Shown one piece after another: positions 1 through 35,000 of a DNA stretch of 64,000 bases (position 1 is the first letter of the stretch; each line of letters begins with the position of its first letter). The notes under the pieces are model-generated. The model was not told the DNA's origin and ran no database searches. It saw only the letters and a program-made list of their open reading frames with translations. A program made the position numbers and the translations under genes. The stretch is from Tubiluchus corallicola (Eukaryota > Animalia > Priapulida), in NCBI GenBank assembly GCA_030141605.1, contig JAQGDQ010000025.1, positions 62,001 to 126,000 on the forward strand, given 5' to 3'.

Positions 1-394
1 CAGGTTCAATGTTATACCCGCAGTTCGTGTCTGCCGTCTTAATTAGTTGGAAAGAAAATTAAAGGGAGTTTCGGGATGACTGCTAGAAAATTTATTTTCA
101 CTCGTATTGTTTTCAAATCATTCGTGAAGGCAAATTCAGAATGATTCGACAATGTGAGCCCTATTTTCAGTTTACATGTCTGATATTTGCCGCTAAGCGC
201 TGATATTTTATCTGTAACCTACGTACTTGATGCCAATACTTTGCATCGTATTACACTTATGTTCGCTTATTCGTAAACACACATTAGTTAAAATGGAAGG
301 CAGTATTATTTAGTTATTCTAAAAAGAGGTTACCTTTTTTATGCTGATATCTGAATGAAATGAACGCGCGAAAGCAGTACTAGCTAGAGAATCT

Positions 395-470
395 GAAAGG
401 CTTTTCACCTCCACCGGGATTCGAACTCAGGCTTTCTGCTATCGAGGCAACTATGTCCACGCAGCGAAGT
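395..470 (-). mobile_element. tRNA-derived SINE head (degenerate)
   Basis: Minus strand reads CCTGAGTTCGAATCCCGGTGG, a Pol III B-box/T-arm. No complete cloverleaf can be folded, so this is a SINE-like relic rather than a tRNA. Confidence 0.45.
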
Positions 471-1145
471 CAGTTGAGAAAGAGCCGCTGCTTTTACTCA
501 GTTTCTTTTCCGGACGATTAATCAAGATCATTAAAAGGTTTTGTCTTTGGTAATTTAAAGAGGCTACTCACCAGCAACTACCAATTATTTGTACTCTCGC
601 TGTTAATTTAAATTTGCCGTTTATAACTCCGGGTGTCTATTTCAACTTCATTTCTAAGCGCTTGCCGGTGAAATTAAACACCTTTTCATCTAGACAATGA
701 GCATCGCCTTGCAGCTAAACCTTTCACCTCCCTTCCCTTTCACCTAAGTTTTTAAATGCGCAAATTACTCGAAAGTGACGTTCAATATCCTTTGAACGTT
801 CAATATCCGCGTTTTGGATCTGATTCGTTCAGACGCAGACAGAGGCATTTAATCAAAACTACAACCATGTCTTAAACCACAACAGCAGAGTAAATTTGAT
901 GATTTCTATCTAATGGTTACTGTTACTGTTCATGTTTTAATCCATATAAGTCTATTAATATTTGCCCAGTTTTCCTGTAGGTCCTATACCTACATAGATA
1001 TTTTATTTATCTGGGCACCTTGACACATATTTCCATTATTTGATTGCAAATAAAGGAGCACCGAGAGTCTAATTATCTAGACTTACTACACATGTGACAA
1101 AGAACAATTTTTTCAAGGCTTTCATTTTTTCTTTTCACATTCTAG

Positions 1146-15435
<14,290 letters not shown>

Positions 15436-15721
15436 CTTTACGCCTTATTCGATGAATTGATTTTTCATGCTCATTATTATTTAATATTGGGAGCTCATGA
15501 ATATGAATAATTTGTATGTTTTTGCTGTAGATGTATGTTAGAAGAAAACTACTAAGATAAAGAGTGATACTAGTAGGGAGAAAAACTTTGTTGTGATTTT
15601 CGAGTAAATAGGAAGCTTATTGAAGAAACGTGATAATCTTCAAAAGCACCAATGTATTTCAAATTTATAAAGCCAGAGCTTGAGCTGACGTCATAATGTG
15701 ACGACATAGACTAATGTATTT

Positions 15722-17015
15722 AAAATTTATACAGCCAGAATTTTGAGCTGATGACACAAAACATAATACGAGGTGTATCACTTGAAATAAGTGCTTTTGC
15801 GTAAGTGATATACCTTTGTATGGAAAGACCTTAGGATATACATTAAGATCCCTTTTCTTTCCTTTTAATTTTCTTACTCAAAGACTGACCGTAAAAAAAT
15901 TCAATGCGATTTTTTAGCTTCACGTAAGTAGAGGGTTTTCTTGTCCTTTAAACTAATGATTCCATAAGCATAGGAGAGGAAGTTTCACAAGGGACAGAAG
16001 GAATTTTCCCTGGAAATTTTCTAACTTGCCCTTACCTGAGTGATTCCCCAATAAGAGCAAACATAATTATATAGTACATAGACTTACAAAACCGTCTAGG
16101 AAAAAATTATATTTGTACTTGTAGGCCTAAGCGTACATGTGTATGTAAATTTCCGAAATAGTCTGAAGATGCAGACCTCTGTGCTAAACTTTGTAGGTCA
16201 CGTGGGTGCTTGGGTGGCTAGGTGCTTTCATAATTCAACCGTTAAACTAATAAAAATAGAATCTTAATTTATATGTAACAAAATAGACTATAGAAGACTT
16301 TAACTAGACATGTAGTGCCAGAAACGCGTATTTTTGTTGAACGTGTATTTTTTGGTTGTGTTTTGAGTATTTTTTTTATAAACTAAGCTGATGTATAGGT
16401 GATATCTTTTGTAAATTATACATAGCTAGTGAGTTAGCTTCGAGTGACTGACGTCAGTTATGTCATAATTGAGGGTAAATCCTGATGAAATTTCGTAAAA
16501 GATTTTATTATGAGTAATTATTTACGAATAAAGGCTTACTTAGATTTAGATTATTGTAAATTAGTTGCGTTATTATATTATAAATTTATAAAGCCAGAAT
16601 TTGAGCTGATGACACAAAACATAATACGAGGCGTATCACTTGAAATAAGTACTTTTGTGTAAGTAAGTAATATATCTTTGTACGGAAACATTCTTGGGAT
16701 ATATATTAAAATCCCTTTTCCTTCATTTCAATTTTCTTACTCAAAGACTGACCGTAAAAAATTTCAAGACGATTTCTAGACTATTTTTAGTTTTATGTAG
16801 AGAGTTTTCTTGTCCTTTAAACTAATGATTCCATAAGCATAGGAGTGGAAGTTTCACAATGGGAAAAAGTAATTTTCCCTGGAAATTTTCTAAATTGCCC
16901 TTACTCTGATTTCCCAATAAGAACAAACATACTTATATAGTATGTAGACTTACAAAACCATCTAGGAAAAAAGTATTTATACTTATATGCCTAAGTGTTC
17001 ATGTGTATATAAATT
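15722..17015 (+). repeat. About 430-bp direct duplication (15722-16150 and 16581-17015) plus a short third head copy at 15661
   Basis: Both copies run aaatttata.agccagaattt(t)gagctgatgacacaaaacataatacgagg...gcctaag.gt.catgtgtat.taaattt. Confidence 0.9.
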
Positions 17016-17360
17016 TTTACTCAATATAAACATATAGTAGGCCTAACTGCATTAGTAATAGTCTATAAATTCAAGAAGTACAAATAGTAGTAACTCATAC
17101 TAAAGAAAATCATGAGTCTAACAAGACACAAGCCAAATGTTTGTGTTTTCATTGAAGAAATATGTAAATACTTTCAGATATACTTTTTTAATACTTTAGA
17201 AATTTAAAAGAAACAGTAGTGATAGTGATGGGTAAACATGTCTATAACATTTTCAGTACATTGAGGAGCATATACTCAAAAAATGCATAAATCGAAAATG
17301 TAAAACCATTTACTTCCATAAAACAAACAGCCACGGTGTGAAAAATATATAATATATAGA

Positions 17361-17362
<2 letters not shown>

Positions 17363-17401
<39 letters not shown>

Positions 17402-17454
17402 GCGTGTGCGTGTGCGTGTGCGTGTGCGTGAGTGCGTCTCGTGCGTGCGTGTAT

Positions 17455-17489
<35 letters not shown>
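17363..17489. repeat. (TG)n/(TGCGTG)n/(TA)n compound microsatellite
   Basis: Direct reading. Confidence 0.95.
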
Positions 17490-17491
<2 letters not shown>

Positions 17492-17739
17492 TGTGATAGC
17501 AGGCAAGCAGTATCCAATTGTTTAATAAACTTGAACAACACGTATAATACAAGTCATAACATGACACACAATAACATGCGATGCACCAGTTATTTATCGC
17601 AAATATTCGAAAATGTGCAATTTACATAAGTCGCAACTCGCAAGTCAGTCAATCAGACCAGTATATCAAATAGATAATATAAGTATATTTATAATCTACG
17701 AAGTTAAAGGTAAATCGCTGGGAAGTTGATGCAGTCATT

Positions 17740-18230
17740 ACTGTTCAGTATAAAATCGCGGAGTATTTTGCCATGAGAATTTCTTGTAACGTCCCACATG
17801 AAACTTGGGCGCATTGAAGTCCACAGCCGCTACAATGCCAGATAACTCGCATCTAGTTACATAACTGGTTGCTGCTGATACACTACAGACAAATTTGCTC
17901 ATTACTTCTGCTGAATTTGGCTTGATATACGCAATAACTATAATAAACAATAATGTGTCTATATTCTGTTTGACTAGTTCGCTTATTCTGCAACTATTGA
18001 TATCATTTCGTATATATATTGCCACGCTTCCGTTATTTGTACATCATTTTGAATAAAATTTATAACTGAGTTAGCTACTGATGATGATTAGTTACGTGAC
18101 ACGAATTCTAATTTGAATAGTACTTTGTTTCTTGCAGCGTATTGACGCCAAACTCATTATCATCCACATATTTGTCCGGTGCTAATTTTGCGCTTGGTGG
18201 CAAACAGTTAATGTTAAACAGATAAATACA
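17740..18230 (-). mobile_element. Non-LTR retrotransposon AP-endonuclease relic
   Basis: Interrupted minus-strand frames give APE-like motifs in the expected order: NINCL...LQET, VAIYIRNDI, IAYIKP, AVDFNA. Confidence 0.65.
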
Positions 18231-19089
18231 GAACTTTGTGTTTAATTTTTTTTTAAATACAGCGGACACGTTCCGCTCCACGTTACTTGTTTTATGTAAA
18301 ACAACCGCTCTTTTTGCATTCATTTGCCTTGCGCAACATTGTCACAGTGTTTGGGCACCACTTAACCACGTACCTGTACTGCTGGTAACTCCAACACCTT
18401 AATGTTTAGGTTTAGTAACGTAAGTTTCTACATAGCAAATGTATGAAAACTTATATGGTTTACTGAACTAAACTGAGTAGCAGATATTGTTATTAACTTT
18501 AAAATTATTAAATATTAGAAGCAATGCCCTGTACAAGAAACACTTTACTTGCAGCTAGTGAAAAGAGGTGATATAGTACATAGGTAAATGTGGTGCAGTA
18601 CGTAGGTAATCTTTGAGCAGTGCAATCTTAAGTTCTGAAATGTTAAAATAGAATTATTCGCCCTGAAAATAACCAACTTTTCACTGACAAAGCTGCTGCC
18701 CTCTCCCCCATGCCTATGCAATGACATTTTGTATGTAAGAATGTTGTGGTGTGGTATAGGTATAGATATTTATTTCACATAGATAGTCTTATTGTGACAG
18801 TATTACCAAGAGTGACAAGGTCAAGTAGGATAAACATCATTTATGTGAAAGTTCGCGCAAGGCACGATGCACGATGTTATCTGGAATGTTGTATGTGAGT
18901 CTGTTGTCAAAAAAGACACGTATTATCATTACTTAAAACCTATTTATACAGTTTGCCAAGTTATCGGTGGGTTCGCAGCAGGTGTCGTACATCTCGACTG
19001 TTCGGTAGTATATTTACCGACGTCACTATTTATTTCTAAAATTATAATCCCTGATAGTAGTACATTGTAGTTTACATTTTACACTCACG

Positions 19090-19095
19090 TCAGTT
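19090..19095 (+). promoter_or_regulatory. Putative Initiator (TCAGTT) of the PGRP gene
   Basis: Matches the TCAGTY Inr consensus about 40 nt upstream of the PGRP ATG; a short motif, so chance occurrence is possible. Confidence 0.35.
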
Positions 19096-19132
19096 GCATC
19101 GTCGATTCGTAGGGCATCGTATTGAAGTCAAC

Positions 19133-25626
<6,494 letters not shown>

Positions 25627-27559
25627 ATACGCAATTCCTCTACAAATGATTTCTCAAACTCAGATTGCTACATCACACAAATGGGCAAAACACATTTACA
25701 CAGCTTAAAAACAATAGACAATATATTACAAGACTTACCATAAGTTAATATAGTTCAAGACTAAATCAGAATTATGATAAGGAGCTTTGCAACTGTTTCT
25801 ATTTTGTAACTTTGAAAAAACAAAGGGTGTTTCTAATTGTTTATATGAAAAAAAGTTGTACATATATTCTTGAACTCCCACTGCAGAGTGCCACATACTT
25901 CGTAACGTATGCAGACGCAAATAAAATGTCGGAATGACTGTGTGACACAGAATCTGCAAAAATACAAATTCCAACAATCATTTCAATGCTGACATTTTTC
26001 TTACATTTATTAAACGAAAACATTTCACAGTGCACAATGTCAGTTTACAACAACACCTACATCTGGTTATGACATGTATTTTAACACTTTAAGGACAATT
26101 TTTTACTAGAATTAAATACTTCAGGAGTGAAAGACAAAATGGGGACGGAATGATGTTTTCTCAGTTATAATAATTATTATGCGTAAAGTTTTAGTTGTAC
26201 CGGATGACCAATAAAAACAGCCTGTGCTTCTTCAATATAAACAGTATTTCAATAGAAATAATGCTTTCCTTGTGATTTTTGTGAGAAGTTCTGCATTGTG
26301 TGCTTAAACGATTTCCAAATAATGTAAATGAAAAGGAATGTAACTAAAAGTAAAGTAAAATTCATTAATAAGTACCAGCACAAGTATTAATCAAAACACT
26401 GCATTACAATGTTTCACAGAGCATTCTGCATCGACAGTAGCTTTAAAATAAAATGTATTATAAACGATTTAAACATACTAGGTACTTGTAGGAAAAAGCT
26501 AGAATTAGAATTTTGTGAATAAAAAAAGCAGCCTAAAATATTCAGTAATATATAGGCCTAATCATAAAATTACATTATTAAAATAATTCAAATCTTAACA
26601 ATAATCAAATAAATACTTGGCATTTATTTCAAACAAGAGTCATTTATCACAACAGGAATTAGCTAATATTTATATATTATAAATATATACTATAATACAT
26701 TACTGCTATTGTTATTCTTGTTTTATTATTACGAAAATCTTAACACTTTCAAAACCTCATATACAATAATAGTAGAATGCACAAAGCTTGTCTTAAAACA
26801 ATTTATTATAATATTATAATGACAAGCTAGACGAGTTATAAAGTTTGATCTTTCATTTTAAATTAGTTAATTTTATTTATCAGTACTGTAGCATTTCAAA
26901 ATATCAAAGTTCTGAGTAAAATGCATATGAGATTAGGCCTGTAATATTACTAGTGTGCTAGATTGCTATTCGTTTTAATCTGAACTTCATCCTACAATAA
27001 GTATGTTTAAAAATTATAGCATAAATTATTTCAAAATAGCCTAAAAATGCAGAATGCTCTGGACAACTTACAATACAGGTGTTTTCTTAAACTATAATTA
27101 AGACTAGAACAAATAATAAATAAATTAATAAATTATAGTAATCTTATAGTGGCACTACGATGAGAAAAAATTGCACGAGCAACGAGCAAGCTGTCTGTAG
27201 AATTAAAACAACATAAAACACAATGAGTTATGCACTTCGTGATGAAAAATATCACTTGTTAAAAGCTTACAAAGAAATAATACTGAAATTTGCATACATT
27301 ATTAAGTGCTACGGTTAGCAGAAAAATAATACATGGACGGACTAAACAACCTTAATTAACCTGAGTTATAAATAAGGTAAACAACATTCAAAATATTACT
27401 GATACTTTACAAGGTATTACATATTTGTTTGGCTGGAATGATTCTCTCCACAAAAGTTCACAACAGATATATTAGGGTAACAAGAAAAAGTGCGGTTGTT
27501 CACAAGTGCTGTCCCAAGTTTCGAATCCAGAAATGCTTTAAAAGGAAATCCGGACACAG

Positions 27560-28098
27560 TCTTAAACTACAGCTACAAACAAACTTCCCTATAAAATATT
27601 GAAAGGGAACATACTATATTTTTCAAGAATGACTTACATGAAAGAATTAGTACCACTGAAATGTAATTTTGCATTCACGCAGCTAGTTCTTTGCTGTTAC
27701 ATGAATTTCTCCATTCGCTAGTTAGATGGACACCAGTGCCTGCGTCTCGGAAAAGTGCTGCACAAAAAACAGGTGCTGTGCCTCTCAGTTCATGTGTGAG
27801 CACAGCAAAAAAACTTGAAATTTGAATTTTAAACTTAAATCGTACAGTAGCATGGTACTTTAATTTTCGCTTAGCAAAACGCAACACACTCGTGGAATGT
27901 TTGTGCAGTTGACAACTAGGTTCAGTTGATATGTCATCACTAGTTGCGCTCACCTGCCATTAATTAAGTTTTTTACCTATCATTTAATTATCGGAAACGC
28001 TTTGCCATATTATTATAGGTCTTGAAATGAATACCTTTTACTGCAATTCAAAATGGGATAGGATATGAAAAATTATTTTTTTGTTTTCTTTTAAAGTC
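27560..28098 (+). mobile_element. Dispersed repeat, copy 2 (same family as 6055-6618)
   Basis: Collinear similarity to 6055-6618 in the same orientation. Confidence 0.75.
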
Positions 28099-28511
28099 AA
28101 GTCTTAGCACTAATGCCATTTCCAGAACGTCATTTAATTTTAAACATGTTTAAACCTTAAGTTTTATGTTTCTGTATAAACTGAACTTTGATGACAGACG
28201 TAATTAAGACAAAAGCTAATTTGGAGTAAAACAAAATTGAATGTGACTTGACATGAGATGCAGATTACCTAGATATGATCAAACAATCTACAAATATTGA
28301 ACCCAATCCAGTAATAGGGTCTAAGTGGTCAGTTGAGTTGCGGAACATCTCGTGTGTGGTCAAAAATAGGTTCAGGCTATCTGTGATAAATTCTTATTGA
28401 ATAATTGAAATCAAACCCGATCAAATGGAAGGATACCCGGACTCAGCCTTGACTTTATCACATTTCGTTCCTTTTTGGTTAAGTTTGCTGTAGTTCATCA
28501 AACCTGGATTC

Positions 28512-28840
28512 ACCATGTTTATTGAGAGACAAACGTTTCGGCTACTGAAGCCATTATCAAACTATAAACCAAGTCAAAAAGAATATGAATAATACATTAA
28601 TGATACAAAGACCTAAACTGAAACTGCAACCTAAGAAATTACAGAGAAATGTAAAAAATTTCTTCGCCTACAACCTCGTTTATTTTGATTCTAAATTAAA
28701 TTCTAATATGTTGTTTTGTAGTTTCAGTTTATCCCTTTGTTGTACAGGAAGGTTTGTATCATTAGTGTATTATTTACTCTTGGTTTATAGTTTAATGATG
28801 ACTACATTAGCCGAAATGATCGTCGCTCAATAAACATGGT
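28512..28840. mobile_element. Inverted-repeat element, Penelope-like pLTR pair with degenerate hammerhead-ribozyme cores
   Basis: Arms accatgtttattgag...actataaaccaag and cttggtttatagt...ctcaataaacatggt. Each arm has a TGATGA-like core, GGCT/AGCC stem, GAAA, GTC and then AATAAA. Confidence 0.6.
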
Positions 28841-29055
28841 AATTTCTACAAGCTGGCTCTTTCGCGTATATATATCTGGATTCACTCCAACACTAATCAA
28901 TACAATTAAATTTGAAATTACTTTTTTAATTTTAAATGGACATCATTTGCAAAAAAGCTAACTTGCTTTGACGACATTATATAAACAACAATGATTACTT
29001 GAGATATGCAACAATATGGAATGCTGGACGAGAATTATACCACATCTGTGCAAGC

Positions 29056-32000
29056 TTATGCCTCTTTAGTACTGTAGCAAATGACTTCTGTGAGGTCATA
29101 TCCAGTGACTGCAAAGCTTGTTCCGTATGGATTAGTAAAGCAACCACCGCACAGTGACACATCTTGAACATGCTCTGAAGCAACGTGATCAATCTAAGAA
29201 TAAACAATAGCAAAAATTTAGCACTGTTAAGCACATTAGCATTTCAAATCCTTTCCCAAAGCTTTGAAATGTATAAATGGCGAATTAAAAACAATTCAAC
29301 AAATATAAAATTTCAAAAAGAAGTATAAAGCAGTGATTTTTAATAAATACATATACTTCCTAAAGTCCTACGCTTATTGCAGCAACCACGCCGCAATCAA
29401 AGATGCAGATTATGCCGAAAAGTTATTATTGTCAATTTTTAGAGCCATTGTAAACATTGCATAACCTATCGTCATTCTCCCTCCTACTGTCACTACCTAT
29501 ACTTATTCCTTTTCTGTATGATCTAAACTTTTTCCCCTTTTTGGATCATATGTCAGTGAGCTTATACAGGTCTTTACTCCTCTAGCCCAAAGCAGGACCA
29601 ATTATTCCTTTATGGTAATGATTGTGTATGAGACATAACATCATCACATGATGTAACTATATTGATAGTTTGTCGCCATGTATTGAAGGTTAATATTGCA
29701 CTGAATGTGCTAAAAATAAAATTTCAAAAACTTCACACTAGTGATGTAATTTATCAAAATAAATGCATTGCTTTGTAGTTAAAACAGCAATAAAAATAAA
29801 ATACTCAAATGTATTAAGAAGATAAAGCTGGTTATAAAAATTGCCAAAAAGGAGATTAAGAATATGAGCACGTATAAATTACCAGAAAAATGAATTTTTA
29901 TGAGAAAGCAATCTGGACTCACGAGAGCGTTCTTAACCTTGTGAACAGTTAAAAAATAAAAAAAATCTCAACAAAAATTCACAGTTGTACGGGAAGGTTT
30001 CAGTCTTGTACATGAAGTGGAACAGCTCTTACTTACCCCTGGAGTGTCTCCAGCTTTCAACTGCCAAACACGGGCAAACGAGTCTTCGCTCACACTTAAG
30101 ATCTGCAACATAAAAGTTCAGCGAACGGTTTTGGTATTTCAGCAAAATGCATAGAAACTTTTTTAGTTATTCATTTATTTGAATAATTATACAAGATTAT
30201 GTATTATAATACTATATAGTACAGAAAATTCTACCAATAATAAATAGACACACAATGATAAACAACAGAGGTGAGTGCCAAGAACTGTGTAAGCAGATAA
30301 GAGTGATCCTGGACTTTGCCTAGAAAATAAAGAAAAACAGCTGCAGTATTTCTTGGGGAGGCACGTGAAAAGCTGAGTGGTCATGCGAATCTGCTTCACA
30401 ACAAAAATTAGGCCATTCTGCAGTTTGTAGGTGAATGGCTGGTGCCCACATGCTCACCATAGTTTCATTCGATATATTGTTTTAGGTTTTTTATCTCGTT
30501 GATGGAGGATACATAGAGCACATACATCTGATTGTAATTAAATCTATTTAAGATTAAGTCTATTTGAAATGTACACAACGACAAGCAATAGTACACAGTA
30601 CACAGCTAAATAAAATTTGTTTAAATTTAAATAAACCATATGAGATAAAACCGTTCTTGAAACTCTCTGTTTTGCATTTTGGTAAGTGTGGCTCAGATGG
30701 CGAGGAGCAATAAAAATGTGAGCAGACGCTTCAGTCAATAGACTAGATTAAAGTATTTGATTTTGAATTGATAAAATAATTTTACAACAATTTTCACGAT
30801 AGGTAAATAAAGACTGAAGATTAGCCAAAATTAAAGCATTTTCCTTAGAGTATTTATTTTCAATGACCGTTTCTAAGAGCGATTTTGGGACAGAGATGAG
30901 CACCATACCTGACAAGTGGATTCAATTACTGGCTTAAGCACTGTGCAGTACATTTGTTATCATATCATTAGCTCATTTCGTTAGTTGCAAAGACAAATTC
31001 ATGTACTGACTTCAGCGTAAAACGAGTGAACGTGAATGTTCCATGTTAAATGTTTAGCAAGGAACATCAATGTTTACATAATTTATGCCAAAGCATAAAA
31101 AAACAGCAGAAGATATATAACGGTTATCATAAAAATAGTAAAAGCATCAGAAAATCAATTGAACCTCAAAGCAAAGGCTTAGTGCTGAAACTTAAATGTA
31201 AACAGCTTACTAGTTGCTTAGTCCAGGCTTATTTTGGAGAACGGGAGATGAAATCTAGGTGATGCTTACTCATTCTGGTGTACTTTGGAAGAATATCATT
31301 ACAGATGGTTTAGTAACCCAGACATTAAACAGGAATGATTGCAAGTAACTTATTGACCCAGGTTTGATTTGGAATAACAGTAATGTAAATAACCTACAAG
31401 TCCAGACTTTTGAGCAACGTCTAGTGCAGTGATCCATCGTGCATGAGCCATCACTTCACCGTACATGTGACCAGTTGTGACGCTGAATATTCGTAGATGA
31501 CCCGATCCGTAAGCTGCGACTAGAACATTCTTCCAAATGCAGACACCAGAACACGGGAACCTAGGGCGAGACAGATAATTGAAAGAAATCTTGGGGAAAA
31601 ATATGAATCTGGAACATGAATATTTAATATATCAATGTCAAGAGCAAATGATAGTGACTAATCCAAAGCAGGTTTATGTAACCTGGTTTAAGTTACACCA
31701 AACTAAATTTTGGCAGTTCCAAAAAAATTTTATGCAAATAATCATTAAAATTATTATTAATAAAATCACATTTTCAAATTTCGTGGACACAAGATGCAGT
31801 TAATTGGAAGTGGATGCGGTTTGTTTTAAGCGACAGTGAAATTAGCTACAAAAAAGCCTCATGTAACTGGTGTTCTGTATCAACTATCCAGTGAATAATT
31901 GTAAAGCACAGTGTCGGAAAACTTGACTCATGGGAAAAAAGCAGAGCACTTCTGATGCCAAAATCAGTTCTTTCCAAATATTCAAGCACAAAACTTCTTG

Positions 32001-35000
32001 CTTCGCAATTTTGGGCTAAATGCTGAATCAGAAATTTACCACTGATTTGGGATACTGTGACATTTGATCTACATGTTCATCCTTGCCTTGCACAATATTT
32101 ATGAAAACACTGAAAATACAGTTTTACAATTTTTGTATAACTTAATAAAAAAACAAAAAATAAAATAAATAAGATTTGTACCACATAATCAGTAAATCAA
32201 GGATTCAATTCTCAGCCTGGAAAACCTCAAAATTTTCTCTAGTAATCTGCAGATCTTGCAACACTTAATGACACTAAAATTGATCTTGAAAATAGCGTGC
32301 TATCCCACCTGTCAGAGATTAATAATTAAAAGAAAATCACAAACCCGCATCCTTTGACTGAAGCCGTGCATTTGATGTTGCCGTCATTTTCCCAAACAAA
32401 CACGTTGCCGTCGTCATCGCCACTGGCAAGTAAATTGTCGACAGAGAACAGACAACTGATTGGAGCTTTGTGTCCTGTTAAACTTTTCTTCAATGTGATG
32501 TCATTCGTACCAGTCGGAATATGAAAGAGAAGAATGTTGCCAGTATCTGTACCTTAAAAATTGACAGAGATGCTTAAAAGTTGCGATATTGCAATTATTT
32601 TTAGAAACGTTTACTAAACACTCACTGACAGTGGTCCTTGACAAAAATTCAATAAAATAGCAAGCAACAAAGTAAAGTGTTAGGTTTGCGTCACAAATAG
32701 CAGACAAACATACAGAGTGTTCACAAGCATTACAAGAAAAATAATTTAGTCAAACAGCAGTTGTTTTTATATTCTAGTGCAACGCTTAACATTCATTATA
32801 ACCACTAAAAGATTAGTAATTTCATTTATTAGGTAATACAGATTCCTTAAAATTATCAAAATTTTCGCGAGCAAAATTTTTCAAAACTTGTTAACAGAGC
32901 AACTTAATTAGTTACTAAGAGTGCCAACTAACCAGAATTACTATGAAGCACTAAAAAACAAAAACCAACAGAAAACCAACTATAGATGATGGCTCTATAT
33001 ATATATAAGTAAAATGCAACTCTCCTTTTTAAAACCTGAATGGTGACATGTCTCTCTTGATAACCTACTAAATTTTCCAGGTTGCATTTTAAAAGATTTA
33101 TGGACTATATATAAACTCCGCTTTTTATACATCTAAGCATCACAAGGGACAGAAATAATAACTATAACAATAAGAGCAACTATTCTTGACATTTCTGTAG
33201 CATAGCTAAATTAACAAATATATTTTTAAGATTTACCTATGCACAACATATCCTCGCCAAAACATGCAATTCCTCGTGCGAATGCTCCGCTTACTGTAAT
33301 CAATAAAATGTATTTTTATTAACGCTCTTGTTGCATGGCAACTGCATCTTATTATTCAGTTCAGATCAAAGGAAATTTCAAAAGGTTGTTCATATCACAA
33401 CAGCAAGTTATTACATCAATGTTGGATAATAATATCAAGCTGACAACAGGTTCCACATTGATATTGAGAAACCCTTCTTCCAATGCAGGATTAGGTCCAG
33501 TCAATGGGATACATGAAATCACCACAGTGATCAACTATCTAGAGGTTTGTCAGAGTCAATATTAATCAATTCCACGTCACGAGGCGGGAGCTCAGACTAT
33601 TGTAACGGTACATCATATGCACTTAAAAAGCACTGGAAACTGTGATAATGTATCATTTGACATCAATATAAATATCAGGGTATATAAGAAGACCAATGAA
33701 TTTAGCCATACAAAATTATGATGGTCAATCCACCTACCATCGTCAGCTGCAACTGATGCAGCATCCTGTGCCAAAACAGGTAAAACTAATGAGTACCAAT
33801 GCACAAGAGCAGAGCCATCAGAATCGTATACCTACAAAACAAAAAAAATTAATTCTTTCCTCAGTTTTGCTATCCTTACACTTGTTCGTCATACATTCCA
33901 GTTTATATTGCAAGTGAAATGAATTTTCTTAAAGGTGCACTATCTTCTCTTAGGTCAAAATAATCTTAGTTGCTGGTGAAAACAATGCCACAAACAATGC
34001 TGGTACTATTTTGTGACATCTGTTGAAGGAAATAGAAAGCGTTATTTTAGATAAGATTGTGTGCCTTTAAACTTTTTAAGAAAAAAAACAATATGAGGGA
34101 GATACCCTATATAATGTTTTTTGTTTAAAGTAAAGGCCCAGCCTTCTGGAAAGTTAGGTTTATTTCTATGTTCGCAAAAAATGTTAGAAGGATTTTGTAA
34201 TGAAACTGCAATAAGCGTCTCGCATAATTAGTAAAATCACTTTAAAGTCGTGATCACTTCATGTTTGGCACTCCCATTTTGAATGCCTATTCTTCTTCTA
34301 ACGACATCATTTGTCCTGAAGAACAGCAGCACAGATATCTTTGCCAAAAGTATAATAAGTTTTTACAAAAAAATTATATAGCTGCTTTGTAACATTTTTC
34401 ATGAATATTAGCTAAGCTGTAGACGTTTGAATTAGTTTAAGCAGCGTGCACTCACAGAAAGAAACAACAGGCTTACGAAAAATCACAGTCCCCCTGTTAC
34501 ATCGTAATTTTAAAACAAATGGTGGCAACCACCATGTCTAAAAATTTCCACTCAGAGATGTATATTTTAGATTTTGCTACATAGAAAGTTTTTTGCAAAT
34601 TTGTTTGTTATATTCTTCTAAGTTTAAGTGACAACAGTAAAATAAACCCAACATACTGACTGACATAGGAAACGAATGCAAATTTTGTTTGCAACTAGGC
34701 TTATATTTATTCAAACTGACACGTAATTCAAAATTTCATCTTCTTTAAAATGGTGTACATATGCAATGTGCAATAAGCTGTCTAATTTAAAATAGTCTTA
34801 TTTAAACTGTCTTATTTAAAATACAACGAAATTTGGTAGTTTAACTTTTTTGTAAAATTTACACTCCAAAATTACAATCAAATTTAGGGAAATTGGTAAC
34901 ACCATGAATAAAATTCAACCTTACAAACCTTAAATTGGCAACCAATGTGCGAGTTAAATGCAGGCCATAGCTACAGTGTGCACTCATTAGATGCGGCTAG

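Noticed and set aside
400-470. Possible tRNA gene
   Set aside because: Only the T-arm/B-box is recognisable; no acceptor or anticodon stem.
1094-1145. N-terminus of the 1013-aa ORF
   Set aside because: Intronic polypyrimidine tract; the exon starts mid-PDZ at 1146 after ttctag.
16160-16190. ctgaagatgca...tgctaaac, a hammerhead-like motif
   Set aside because: The essential GAAA is TAAA and there is no partner arm; too weak to call.
33329-33342. RFX X-box-like gttgcatggcaac in a WDR54 intron (similar motifs near 11537 and 23530)
   Set aside because: Far from the promoter, and similar motifs occur in unrelated positions.
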